Part shown: in pieces, positions 52,330 through 64,000 of the stretch
Layout: each line of letters opens with the position of its first letter
Numbering within the stretch: the stretch's first letter is position 1
Source of the DNA: Selaginella moellendorffii
Lineage: Eukaryota; Plantae; Lycopodiophyta
Direction: 5' to 3'
DNA: 64,000 bases
Assembly (NCBI RefSeq): GCF_000143415.4
Contig: NW_003314261.1
Coordinates: 1,688,117 to 1,752,116, forward strand
Program-made: the position numbers and the translations under genes
Notes under the pieces: model-generated
What the model saw: only the letters and a program-made list of their open reading frames with translations
The model's database searches: none
Told to the model about the DNA's origin: nothing

Positions 52330-52828
52330 ATGACAATTCATATACACTACATTCTATTCATGTTTTTGTATTCATATTTTATCATATTTGTAAACAGCAG
52401 TAAGGTAAGAGTTTGAATACTTATGTCCAGTTAATTTTCATAATCTAATTCAAGAAAATCTTAACTAGTGTGCTTATACAATTAGTATACAAACAGGATG
52501 TGTAGACAGGGCAGGAACTGATGCTAATATTGATATTTTTTTTTCCTCTTTTCAAGGGCGTCTGTTACCATTTTATAATATAGATAACAAAGATGATAAT
52601 TTTGAGAAATGTCAGCTTGACACATTTGATCTTCATGGAGATTGTTTACCTAATGAAGATAAGATATGTAGAATGATTATAGAACGGGATAATTCTGGTC
52701 GATATCAAGATTGGTATATTGATTGGATACAAATTACAGGAGCAGGAGATGGCCCTCAAAAATTTAATGTGGATGCTTGGCTTGATAATGTTAACCGGAG
52801 TAAAGAAATTGATTTATGCAATGGATAA
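52330..52828 (+). CDS. Secreted PLAT/LH2-domain (ATS3-like) protein, two exons, ~144 aa
   Basis: Exon 1 52330-52404 encodes a hydrophobic signal-like peptide; intron 52405-52468 is GT-AG. Exon 2 reads CAYTISIQTGC..AGTDANI...FEKCQLDTF...C..IC.M....DNSG..DWYIDWI...F.VDAWL. Confidence 0.8.
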
Positions 52829-53499
52829 TAATATTTTTGGTATAATTAAAAAGAGAAAAGATATACTACAGGTAGGAAAAAAATAATCTCATAAATGATT
52901 ATTCTTTTTAGGCTGGTTTATAATATGATTTAAAATAATATACACCATGAAATGATCCAAATTAGTTTATTTATTCTTATAGATCTTCTTTGCCATCAAA
53001 CCTCTAGTTGTTTTTATATAAATGAATATGGAAGAAATAGTAATTTTTTTAGTATATATATTCTATGTAAATATATTCTAAGATAAATACAAAATCCATT
53101 TATACAATCATGGAGTTACATATAAATGTAGTAAAAAACCCAAGACTAAGAGCTTAAATCTCAAGTAAACACCAAACACTAGATAAAGACCAATATTTGG
53201 CTTTCTTTTACTTATTTATAATATAATATTTCATATCAAGAAAGAAAGATCATTCACATTTATGTATATACAGAAAGATTAGTTAAGCTAAACTAAGCTT
53301 GTTTTAACTAATCCCAACAATTCAAAAGACCATTTAAGTACTATGAAGTGGTATAAGATCCTTATACTTCTAAATATACTAACTTTTTTAGCATGGCTAT
53401 ATATCCTTGTGTGAGTGCATAAAATATAGAAATGAATAACAAAAATATCCATATTTAATTAACCTCTTATATATAAGAGCAAGTTGTTTGGATTGAAAT

Positions 53500-54570
53500 C
53501 CATCTAATAGCGATAAAAATCCCACCATGCTAATAATAATATATAACATCATAATTATACATTTGGACTTTATACCATCCCTTCCTTTTGGAAGGATGGA
53601 AAGCAATTAAAATTTTATAGTTGATGGGTAAGGATTTAGAGGAATATTAGGAAGAGACACTAATGGATCTATAGGTGGTATTAAATATTTCTAATCCTTT
53701 TATACAAATTTATGGAGGATTGGCTTATTGAATGTCATACCAAATCTCATGAATTTGCAATTTAACTTGCTACAACACTTAATAGTCCCTTCTATTGAGC
53801 AAAAAACCTCTTACACAAACTATTTACTATAAGATTATAATGTTCAATAGACTTTATTTAAACAAATAGAAGAATACTTGTAAAATATTAATCCAAGGAC
53901 CTAGTATCAATAGTTTGTGGCAATCACAATGGTAAACTCAACTCTATTGGCAATATTGGTTTATGACTATATAGGATTTTATACAACAAAACTCTATACC
54001 CTATAATATATGCATATCAAAGAGATGGCAAATAAATATCCTAATCCAAATACTAAAATTTTATGTACTTTATAATCATCCTTTTAAAGGTCTGAACAAG
54101 TCATTTTACTAAACCATCTATCTATGGATAATAAGCACTCACAAAAGTGTGGTGTATCCTAACAAAAGTGTTAAGATGTGAAATACCACCATAATTCAAG
54201 AAAATCCATTTTAGACAAGAATGTAAGAATACCATTCAATTGCGGAGAAAGTATCTAATAGCAATTGCAATTTTACTCTTTAGCATATCGTAAATAACTT
54301 GTCCATCATCTACTGAAAGGTTACTAAAGCATTGTTTAAACCGAATGGTATCACCAAGAACTTATATAAACCAAATAGTGTACTAAAGTAGTTTTGAGAA
54401 TATCTTCTTTAGCCTTTGGCATTTACTAGTACTTAGAACTAAGATTTAACTTGGTGAAGTAATGACTTCTCTCTAAATAATTCAAAAGGTCAATAGTGTG
54501 AGGAAGAAAGTACACATCTGGGAAAGTCATAGTCAATAAAAAATTGAATACTCCCATTAGGTTTTGTCAT
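53500..54570 (-). pseudogene. Highly decayed Ty3/Gypsy pol fragment (RT, integrase)
   Basis: LYKFLVIPFGLNNALVTFQ*MMD at ~54300-54370; FVSAYYP*IDG at ~54110-54150. Confidence 0.65.
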
Positions 54571-54613
54571 AAGATGAGGTTAATATATCCAAAGACTCTA
54601 AGACTTTTGGATA

Positions 54614-54903
54614 AATGCTTTATTTCGTTAAAGTGGGACTTTTCATTATCCCACTTATGGTGTGTGGCCACATGCCATTTTTATAACAACAATAAAAAAT
54701 TGAATTTTTAACTTTATAATTTATAAATTAAAAACTTTTCATAAGATTTTGTGTTATAATATTGTGAAATATAAAAAAATAAATTAAAAAACTGATAGAA
54801 ATATTAATAAATATTAATTAAGTACTAGGAAATGGCATGTGGACACATGCTAATTAATGTCCCAATTTACTGAATAAGTCCCACTTTAACGAAATAAAGC
54901 ATA
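54614..54903. mobile_element. ~290-bp MITE with a probable TA TSD
   Basis: 27-bp TIR atgctttatttcgttaaagtgggactt at both ends, plus an inner inverted pair cacatgccattt / aaatggcatgtg. Confidence 0.85.
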
Positions 54904-56501
54904 TAACACCCTTCTCCAACATCTCTTTGACATTTATGTATAAAACTTTGATTTCCTTTAGTGACTGATATTCAAATAAGAACCTTGATTGCATGGGCAT
55001 CATTAATTGAAATAGGATGACACATTACAATGTTAGCCCCAAAGGACAAGTCAAAGTTAAAGAAATCATTATACTCCTTTTTTAACAAGTCAATTGATGC
55101 AATATAAAGATCATCAAAGGGATTTGAAGAGGATATAGAAAAGAAAGATAGGAATATAGTAAGAAGTAATAGGGAGATAAAAGTAATAGAAGTAGAGGTA
55201 GAAGTAAAATGATGAAGTAAAATAGAAATGAAAAAAATGGAAGAAAGATAAAGAAGTATGAGACAAAATTGAAAAGCTTCAAAATTACACTTGGCATGCT
55301 TGCATTATAATCAATCTATACCAAGAATGAAGCCAAAAGCTAGATTGAGCACCATTTAAAATGATTGAAACTCAAGTTTGAGGTCACTCATATGTATAAC
55401 TAAGTTCATCTCATCACGCACACATGCATATGTATAGCCATTGCCATTGAGAATGAAGGTTAACTCCACCATACAATATAACTATAAATAGCAACATGTG
55501 GTAATGGGTTGAGCAATAGAAGATAAACTTGAGCATATATCAACCAACACAAAGAGAATAATAAGAGACATTTTGTTATAAAAACAAGATTAGAAAGTTA
55601 ATATTAGATGAATTAGTGCCAAATGAACCTCTTGGTGATACTTCCAAAATAAAGATGGAAGGGTCACTAACTTATTTGTGCAAGAACCCTCTATTACTCA
55701 CATGAGTCCTTGTTTTTTGAAAAAAAAATTATATCAAAACCTTCCATTATAACAACACCCATAGAACATTATTGACGCCAAGGCCTCCATCTAAGAAAAG
55801 GAGGATATCAATCTAGAAAATGCCAATAATGCACTTTTATATTTCTCATATACTTAATAGTGAACATGATGGTTACAACCATATCCTTGCATTTGTTTTT
55901 GAACATACACAATAGTAGTGCTAACTTCCTTTAGAACAGGATCATCTCTCATATAAAGTGGAGGTAAAATGTGTGTAACAACAAGTGGAAGAGATGATAT
56001 TTTATAATGTTATGTAGTCCAAAAGTGTTGTTAAGGGTGGTAGTAAGTATATAAATAATTCCCACAAAATCTTGACAAAACACTAGCTACAAGATTTACT
56101 CTAACATATTTGGCTTTGTACGAAGCAAGAAGCTTTGGAAAGCAAACATCAAATTGTATCATTAACTCAAATAACCATTGATAAAGATAATTCAATTGCT
56201 AAAAGACATTACTATAATCATTGATACGTCCAAATACACACTTGAAGGCATCTAGGAGAAGGCTTGAATCTACACAAGTGGGTATGCTAAACCTATTATA
56301 CTACAACACTATCTTTTAGAGACATGTGGAAACTTATGTAAATGCTGGGCATCATCCCAAAAATGATAAGTGGCAATCACCATAAAGTGATCGAATGAAT
56401 GATACATATCATCCTTAGGAAGAACTCCGGCCAAACGTGAAGATTGGCAGAAAGAGTAATAGGAGTTGCACCACATGCTGTGAATGCCATTATCAATTGA
56501 G

Positions 56502-59500
56502 TGTAAAGACACAAATCCCTAAGCCCCAAAGTGGAGTTAAGAGGGTGTTATATGGTAGTGGTCAAAACAAAAGCCAAATGAGTGTAACACACTCTAATTT
56601 GAAAAATCAAGAGCGAGAGTGGAAATACCAATGAAGTGCTCAAGAAATGAGTACGAAATAATCAATAAGCAAGCCTCTAAAAAAGGAACACAAAAGGACT
56701 AACATATGACATGTGGAAGTGTTAGGACTAAGTCCGAGATGGACTTCAGATGGAGTTCGAGAGGGACCCAAGATGGAGTCTGAGAAGTAGTTTGAGATGG
56801 ACCTGAGATGGAATTCAAAAAGGAGTCTAAGATGGAGTCTAAGTTGGAGTTCAAGAGGGACTTGACATAGAGTTTGAGAAGAAGTCTGAGATAGAGTCCA
56901 AAAAAAAGTTTGAAAAGGAGTCTGAGATGGAGCCCGAGGTCAAGTCTAAGATGGAAACCAAGACTAGGTCCAAGATCAAGGCCGAGACCAAGGCCGAGAC
57001 TGAAATTAAAATCAAGACCAAGATAGAGACCGAAACCGAAACCGAAACCGAGACCAAGACTAAGTCCAAGACCGAGTCCAAATCCAAGTCCAAATTTGAG
57101 TCTAGGTTCAGATCCAAGGGTGAGAGCCCAAAGCAATCGTCTCCCAAACTCTAAATGGTTTTGATGAGCTCTAAAAGGATAGCATGAGGAGGACTCAAAT
57201 GGAACTAATTTGGCTAAGAAAGGTTAGTGTCACCAACGAAGGTTATACCTACGTGGTGGATGATGATATAACCATTAAAGAGTCCAAGACTAGAGTGAAT
57301 ACAAATAAACAAATAAGGTAATTTAGTGAAGTGTTTAAGAGCTAGCTCTAGCTCCTTTGGAAGATCGAATAGTTGATGCTCCCAATTCAAGTATGGATGA
57401 CATTACCCACTTGGATACTTTTCATGGCTCATCGGAACCTCACTCTAACCACATGGCTAGAGCACTTAAAGGCAGAAAGTGGGGAAAGTACTCATGAGGC
57501 TCATATAGGGCCATAGTGTTTCAAAATGTTGTCCTAAAGTCTTGAATTGTGGAAAATAAAAAGAGTAGTCCTCTTGCATAGTGACCAAGAGCATAGTCAT
57601 ATAATAAGGAAATCCCAAAGGTCAATGGAACTTAGTGGTTAGGCCTTAGGCTTTAACTTAGTGGCGGTGTTGGCAAGCACTATAGTGGATGAAATAAAAC
57701 TTGGTGGAGACCAATGGAGGAATATTGGGGAAGGGTTTTTTTCATGTTTCAAGGCATCCTAAAGGTGCTAAAGTGTAGTTAAAGGATAGCCACTTAAAGA
57801 CAAATGGCCTAGTCTTTAGTAGATGGGAAGGTGAATAGATATGGCCTTAGCATAATGGGCTGATATATCAATGGTACCTTTGGGTGTTTATAGTGGGATT
57901 AAATATATAAAGCATTTATGCCAAATGTAAAGACTAAGTGGCATATATGCCATTCACGGGGCTAGCATGCCCTTAAGTTCAGAATAAGATTTATGGACGT
58001 TATAAGTGAGACACCTTCAAGTGGTCGAATATATGGGTAAATGACTAAAATAGAATGAAAAATTTAGTGGCTTACAATTTGGTATTAGAGCTATTCTTTT
58101 GTTTGACTTTTATTGGTGGTTAAATATATCACCACTTGTATTGGTATTTGAAGGTTCTAGAAGCCAGTTTATCCTTGAAGTGTAGCATGTCAAGATGGCA
58201 TAACTCTCCACTTTAATTTATATGTGAATATGTATGCAATATAGTGGATAGAAAGGGGCTAATAAAGGAACGACTTTGAATCTTGGGAACAATAAAAGAT
58301 TTTCCTCAAAGAGTTGAAAATGTGATCTATATAAGTGTTTAATTTAACAAATTACTTAATGTAGTTATGATAAATAACTATAGTTAGGATCACAAGAAGG
58401 ATAGAGACTCCAAGATAATAAAGGAGTCACAAAATAATCCTCATATGGTTAAGGATGATGTTTATAAATTTGAATCTAAAGTTAATGACCATGAAAAGTC
58501 AAATACGAATGAGGATACATCTGTGGTGGCACCACAAAAGTAGCCATGAGGTTAGGACCTTGCAAGATATTAGATTAACAAAGTATAAAGGTTAAATGAC
58601 TTAATAAAGTCAAAAGATAAAATTAAATCAAAAAAATTCAAAGGCATAGCCGAAAGTAATTATGCAAGTTGGGAGTGGAGAATCAAGTGGGTGCTTAAAA
58701 GTGTTACTACTAACAACTGTGCTACCATAGAGAATTTAAAATATGAAATTATTTATGTTAGACTATATAGCCATTAAAAAGCTTACGAAAGGAGAGGCCT
58801 TAGCAAGTTAAAGAATAAAGTCCCTTCGATATTCAAAAAGATAATTCTAGGTAGGTTGATACCTAGAAAGACAAGTAAATGGTTCATGGGATTGCACAAA
58901 ATTAAAGTGGTACAATAGAAGTGTGGTTTTAAAACTTGTCATACGGTGATGCTATCAAGGGGAGGTAGTTCTTATGGGTTCAAATAAATGTCTTTGATGC
59001 AAAAAATTATATTATGCTAGTTAGGTGACTTGCTAAGTGGGATTGATAAGTTGGAGGAATGAAGACCCTAGTTAAAGCTGACGACTTCAAAAGGGTGGCC
59101 TATTGGGCCAAGCATGAGGGAGTCCATGCATGATCACAGGCAAGTCAATTAACTTGTCAAATGAGAAGATTTGGAAACTCAAAGGAACTAAGTTCCTAAA
59201 TAGTGATTTGTAGTGCAGGTTGGATTAAATTGGTGTACCAGTATGAGGAGTCACACTAGGCATCCTAAGCAATACCATCTATAGATGCATCTACAAAAGT
59301 TAAGTTTGAGTCTCAACCCTCTAATTTTTGGGTTCGAATCCCAACTTACTATGGCATGAGGATGGTTTAGAATATGAGGACACTCATTTTCGGTGGTCAT
59401 AAACTCTTAATAAGGAGGTTGGTTGGGCACATTGCTAAATAGGGATGCCTCAAAGTCATAATACAAGGTTAAAGTGTTTAGAGTGAAATTTCAACATATC

Positions 59501-60300
59501 TAACTTACTCTGGTGCAAGTGATATCAAGGATATGGTAAATGAGATAGGAACACCCAATCTCAATTGCTATGGACATTTGGTCAAAAGGGCTGGCTTGGG
59601 CACACCACCAAGTGTGGGGGATGCCCCTAGGGTCCTGATCAACAATTTAGAGATTTGGTATATTTAATGCCTATTGGTAAACCCATTAAGTTGCTTATAT
59701 GGGATTACTAGGTGATTCCATGGTTGATAATCAAGGACAAAACTCCTTGGTGGGTTAAAGAATGGTGTTTCTGGTTCAAAGTAATGATTTGAACAAATAC
59801 TATAGTGTAACTTGATCAAAGTGATCAAATAGGAAAGAAACCTAAAGGAAATAAGCTATGATAATGTAATAGTATTGTGAGTCCAAGAAAATAACCTTTA
59901 AGGAAAAACCCATAAAAGGGTTGTAATATTAGGTTGTGGATAAAGCCTATAATAGAAAATGTTAGAGAGACTTACTAGAGGTGAACACCCCTTAAACTTA
60001 ATAGACTAAAGTTTTTGCTATGAAACCAAAAGAATACTTCAAGAATGGAAGTAGTGATTTATGTTGCTTTGTGCAACAATCAAAGGATAGGAGCAAAAGA
60101 CTAGTAGCTGAAAATAAGCTATAGAAATAATTGGAAGGAATCTAAATGATAAGTTAGGCGAGGAACACCATATAGTTGATGCCAACAAATTGTTGGAAAA
60201 GAAATATATTTCCAAAGATGGGTTTCTTAAATCCTCCAATATAGCGGAGGTGAAAGTTTCAAGAGATAGAGTAACAACGTAGCCAAATAATAAGGTCATA
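56502..60300 (+). mobile_element. Old family-C LTR element fragment: 5' LTR 56502-58076, Met PBS 58080-58091, decayed internal region
   Basis: Colinear with 61259-64000. TGT...ACA ends; tggtattagagc PBS. Right boundary approximate. Confidence 0.7.
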
Positions 60301-61258
60301 GACAACTTTAGTATAAATTATGAATAAATCAAATTTAATATCCTTTTATTCATAGGCTTTTTCCCTTTATATTTGAACCCTTATAAATCATCTCTCAAGT
60401 CATTCTCTTTGGTTGCTTACACTAAAGCTAACTCTTGAACACTTTACCAAATTACCCCACTTGTTTGTCGATGTTCACTCTAGCCTTGGACTTCTTAATG
60501 GTTATATCATCACCCACTACATAAGTATAACCTTCCCTAGTCATATTAGCTTTTCCTAGCCAAATTGGCTCTATTAGAGTTTTTTCCCTATTATCCTTTT
60601 GGAGCTCATTGAAACCCCTAGGGTCTATGAGACAATCGCTTTGGGCTTTCACCCTTGGACTTAGACTCAGACTCAATCTCTGGCCTAGTGAAAACTTGAC
60701 AGATGATATAGTTGTTGTAGGTGCAAGAGAGAATTTAGTGAAGAATTAGTTGCAATAGTTTGCTATTGTGATTGCAAAGTGCTAGAGGGCTTTTGGTGTC
60801 ATTATTCTTGAGTTGGGACTATGTTTCTCACCTTAGAACATGCTACTAAATGCATGAATCATTTAGAAATTAACTTGAGACCTTCGATCCCCAAGAACAC
60901 TTATGTGAGTGGTTGTGAGTAAGGATAAGTTTGATATCACTAGAATACTCTAAGTTTTGAGCAAATGAATGTGCATTAGTGTTAAACTAGAGTTCAATAG
61001 AGATAGGGATAGAGGTCAAGTGCTAACTCTCCCCTTTAACTACTATATAGTGGCAACTGCCACTTCTTCCTAAGTTCTAACTATCAAGATTGTAACCTTG
61101 AGTGTCCAGGTTGTAATCTTAACTGTCAAAAAAATGCTTGAATGCATGGTTAATCTGCTGTGTTTCACTTGGTTTTATTCTTGGTTTCGGTGTTCGTTTC
61201 GGTCTTTATCTCAATTCCATTACTCATTCCCAAGTAGTCCTAACCTCTATCAACATAA

Positions 61259-64000
61259 TGTGAGACACAAAATCCCTAGGCCCCAAAGTGGAGCCGAAAA
61301 GGGTGCCACGTGGTAGTGGCCGAAGCGAAAGCCCAAACGAGTGTAACACGTTTGGACTAAAAGCTCTGACTTGGAAGGTCGAGAGCGGGAGTGGAACTCC
61401 CAACAAAGTGCTCAAGGAGCGAGCACGAAGCGAGCAATAAGCAAGGCTCCAAAAAGGGACCCAAAAGGGACCAACACATGACACGTGGAAGTGTCCGAGA
61501 TGGAGTCCGAGACGGACCCAAGTTGGAGTCCGAGATGGACCCGAAGTGAAGTCCGATATGGAGTCCGAAGTGGAGTCCGAGATGGAGTCCGATATGGAGT
61601 CCGAGATGGACCCGAAGTGGAGTCCGAGGTGGACCGAGACGGAAGCCGAGATGGACCCGAGATGGAGTCCGAGATGGAGTCCGAGATGGAGTCCGAGATG
61701 GACCCGAGATGGAGTCCGAGATGGAGTCCGAGGTGGACCGAGATGGAGTCCAAGATAGACCCGAGATGGAGTCCGAGATGGAGTCTGAGGTGGAGTCCGA
61801 GGTGGACCGAGACGGAGTCCGAGGTGGACTGAGACGGAGTCCGAGATGGACCGAGATGGAGTCCGAGATGGACCGACACGGAGTCCGAGATGGAGTCCGA
61901 GATGGAGTCCGAGATGGACCGAGATGGAGTCCGAGATGGAGTCCGAGAAGGACCCGAGATGGAGTTCGAGGTCGAGACCGAGACCAGGACCGAGACCGGG
62001 ACCGAGACCGAGACCGGGACCGAGACCGAGACCGGGACCAAGACTGGGACCGAGACCGAGACCGAGGCCAAGGCTGAGACCGAGCCCGAGCCCGAGTCCG
62101 AGTCTGAGTCCGAGTCCCAGTTCGAGTCCGAGTCCGAGTCCGAGTTCGAGTCTGAGAGGGTGAAAGCCTAAAGCGTTCGTCTCCCAGACCCTGGGGGGTT
62201 TGGTGAGCTCCAAAAGTATAGTAAGGGGGAGGACTGCAGTGGAGCCAGTTTGGCCAGGAAAGGCCAGTTTGGCCCAGGGAGGCCAGACCCAGTGTTGGGT
62301 GATGAACTGACCACTGGGAAGTCCAAGACTAGAGTGAATACGGACCGACAAGCAGGGTAGTTTGGTGAAATGTTCAAGAGCCGGCTCTAGTTCCCCCGGG
62401 AGATCGACTGGCCGATGCTCACAGTCCAAGTGTGGGTGGCACTACCTACTTGGATACCAGGTGTGGCTCAACGGAACCTCGCTCTAAGCCCATGGCTAGA
62501 GCACCTAAAGGCGAAAGGCGGGGAGAGTACCCAGGTGGCTCGCATAAGGCCACAGTGTTCCGAAATGTTGTCCCAAAGGCCTAGACTGTGGAAAGGAAGA
62601 GGAGCAGTCCTCTGGGGTAGTGACCAAGGACACAGTCGTGTGGTGAGGAAGTCCCAGAGGACCATGGGACTTAGTGGTCGGGCCTGTGGGCCTCGATCCA
62701 GTGGTAGTGTTGGCAAACATGGCCAGGGGCAAAAAGGGACTTGGTAGGAACTGACAAAGGGACTTTGGGGAAGGCGATTCCCCAGGTCTGTGGGCATCCT
62801 AAGGATGCTAAGGAGTGGATCTAGGATGACCACTTGTGGACAGATGGCCCAGTCTTGGAGAGACGGGATGGTGATGCAAGTGGTATTGGACCACTAGTGC
62901 AGCAAAGGTGAATGGGCATGGCCTTAGTGTAACGGGCCGAGATGTTAGTGGTACCTTTGGGTGTCGGTCTTGGGACCGGACACGTGGAGCACCTGGACCA
63001 GGTGCAAGTGTTGAGTGGCATGGATGCCATTCTTGGGGCTAGCAAGTCCCAAGTCCTGAATTGGACTGATGGAGGTTGTGAATGAGACTCCTCCAAGTGG
63101 TTGGAGGTGTGGTTAAGTGACTAAAGTAGAATGGAAAATTTAGTCTCTTACAACTTGGTATCGGAGCCGTTCCTTAGTCCGACTTTTATTGGTGCTCAAG
63201 CATATCACTATTGATATTGGCATTGGAAGGTCCTAGGAGTGGGCCTATCCTGGAGGAGTAGCATGTCGAGAGGACATGGCTCTCCACTCAAGTTCATGTG
63301 AGAACTTGGGCACAATGTGGTGGATAGAAAAGGGCCAATAATGGAACGACTTTGGGATCTTGGGAACAGTATAAGGTCTCCTCAGAGAGCTGAGGATGTG
63401 ACCCAAATGAGCGTTTGACGCAGCAAACGGGTTAACGTAGTTGTGATAAACAACTATAGTTGGGATCACGGGAAAGATGTAGACTCCAAAGTAATAAAGG
63501 AGTCACAAGATTACCCTCATATAGTTGAGGCCGGTGCTCATAACTTTGAGACTGGAATTGATGACCATAGGAGGTCAAATATAGGAGAGGACACAAGTCC
63601 TCGAAATGGTAGCTGAGGTTACCCTTGATAAATGATAGAACAACCCAAGGAGTTGGGGATGTACTTAGAGGATGAGTTGGTATTCTCATCACATGGACAA
63701 GTGGTCCTAAGAGGCAAAAGGTTGCCCCAAGAGAACAAATCAAGTGTCAGAGTAACACTTGCAAAGATGGTCCTTGTGAGTAGAACCTGAATACAAGAAG
63801 TTGTATTCCAGTGAGCTGGCACCTCAAAGGTAGGACCTCATGGGTCGTCGGATGACAAAGTCCAAAAAGCTAGATGACTCCAATAGAGTCAAGGAATAAT
63901 CCTAAAGGATTGATGGAAGCATTTGGACTGAGGTGTGTGGTACCCCACGAAGGATGGGGGGGATCATAGGATCCAAGGATGAGAACAGAGAGTATCTCAT
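61259..64000 (+). mobile_element. Younger family-C LTR element: 5' LTR 61259-63152, Met PBS 63156-63168; continues beyond the window
   Basis: tgtgagacac...gtctcttaca followed by tggtatcggagcc. Confidence 0.8.
61490..62156. repeat. Tandem array inside the LTR: GAGATGGAGTCC 12-mers grading into CCGAGA/CCGAGT hexamers
   Basis: Directly visible; a decayed homologue lies at 56730-57120. Confidence 0.92.

Noticed and set aside
53400-54570. Possible integrase-before-RT gene order
   Set aside because: RT motifs lie upstream of integrase on the minus strand; the downstream part fits a decayed integrase C-terminus.
60690-61256. Possible additional LTR ending ...ctctatcaaca
   Set aside because: No partner, PBS or TSD could be established in the window.
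61224-62429. 401-aa and overlapping low-complexity ORFs (also 56699-57154)
   Set aside because: Artefacts of the stop-free 12-bp and 6-bp tandem arrays inside LTRs.

Overview
Repeat-dense land-plant nuclear DNA, probably a seed-free plant such as a fern or lycophyte (inferred from a DYW-deaminase remnant, TTTAGGG-type repeats, short GT-AG introns and plant Ty3/Gypsy lineages). It contains four N gaps. Bases 1-33 kb are a nest of a Helitron and several LTR retrotransposons, scrambled by two adjacent inversions that can be reconstructed from split LTRs and target-site duplications (TSDs). The main find is an ~11.65 kb Mutator-like (MULE) DNA transposon at 35348-46999 with imperfect TIRs and an 8-9 bp TSD. 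It carries a spliced DDE/SWIM transposase and, head-to-head with it, a nine-exon gene encoding a ParB-like domain fused to a prokaryote-style beta-class N4C/N6A DNA methyltransferase-like domain. The element also holds small cargo ORFs (one with a zinc finger) and CpG-rich hairpin and tandem arrays. The only ordinary host gene seen is a small secreted PLAT/ATS3-like gene (52330-52828). The rest is a solo LTR, a MITE, Gypsy debris and two satellite-bearing 5' LTRs. All calls come from reading motifs by eye; no searches were run.
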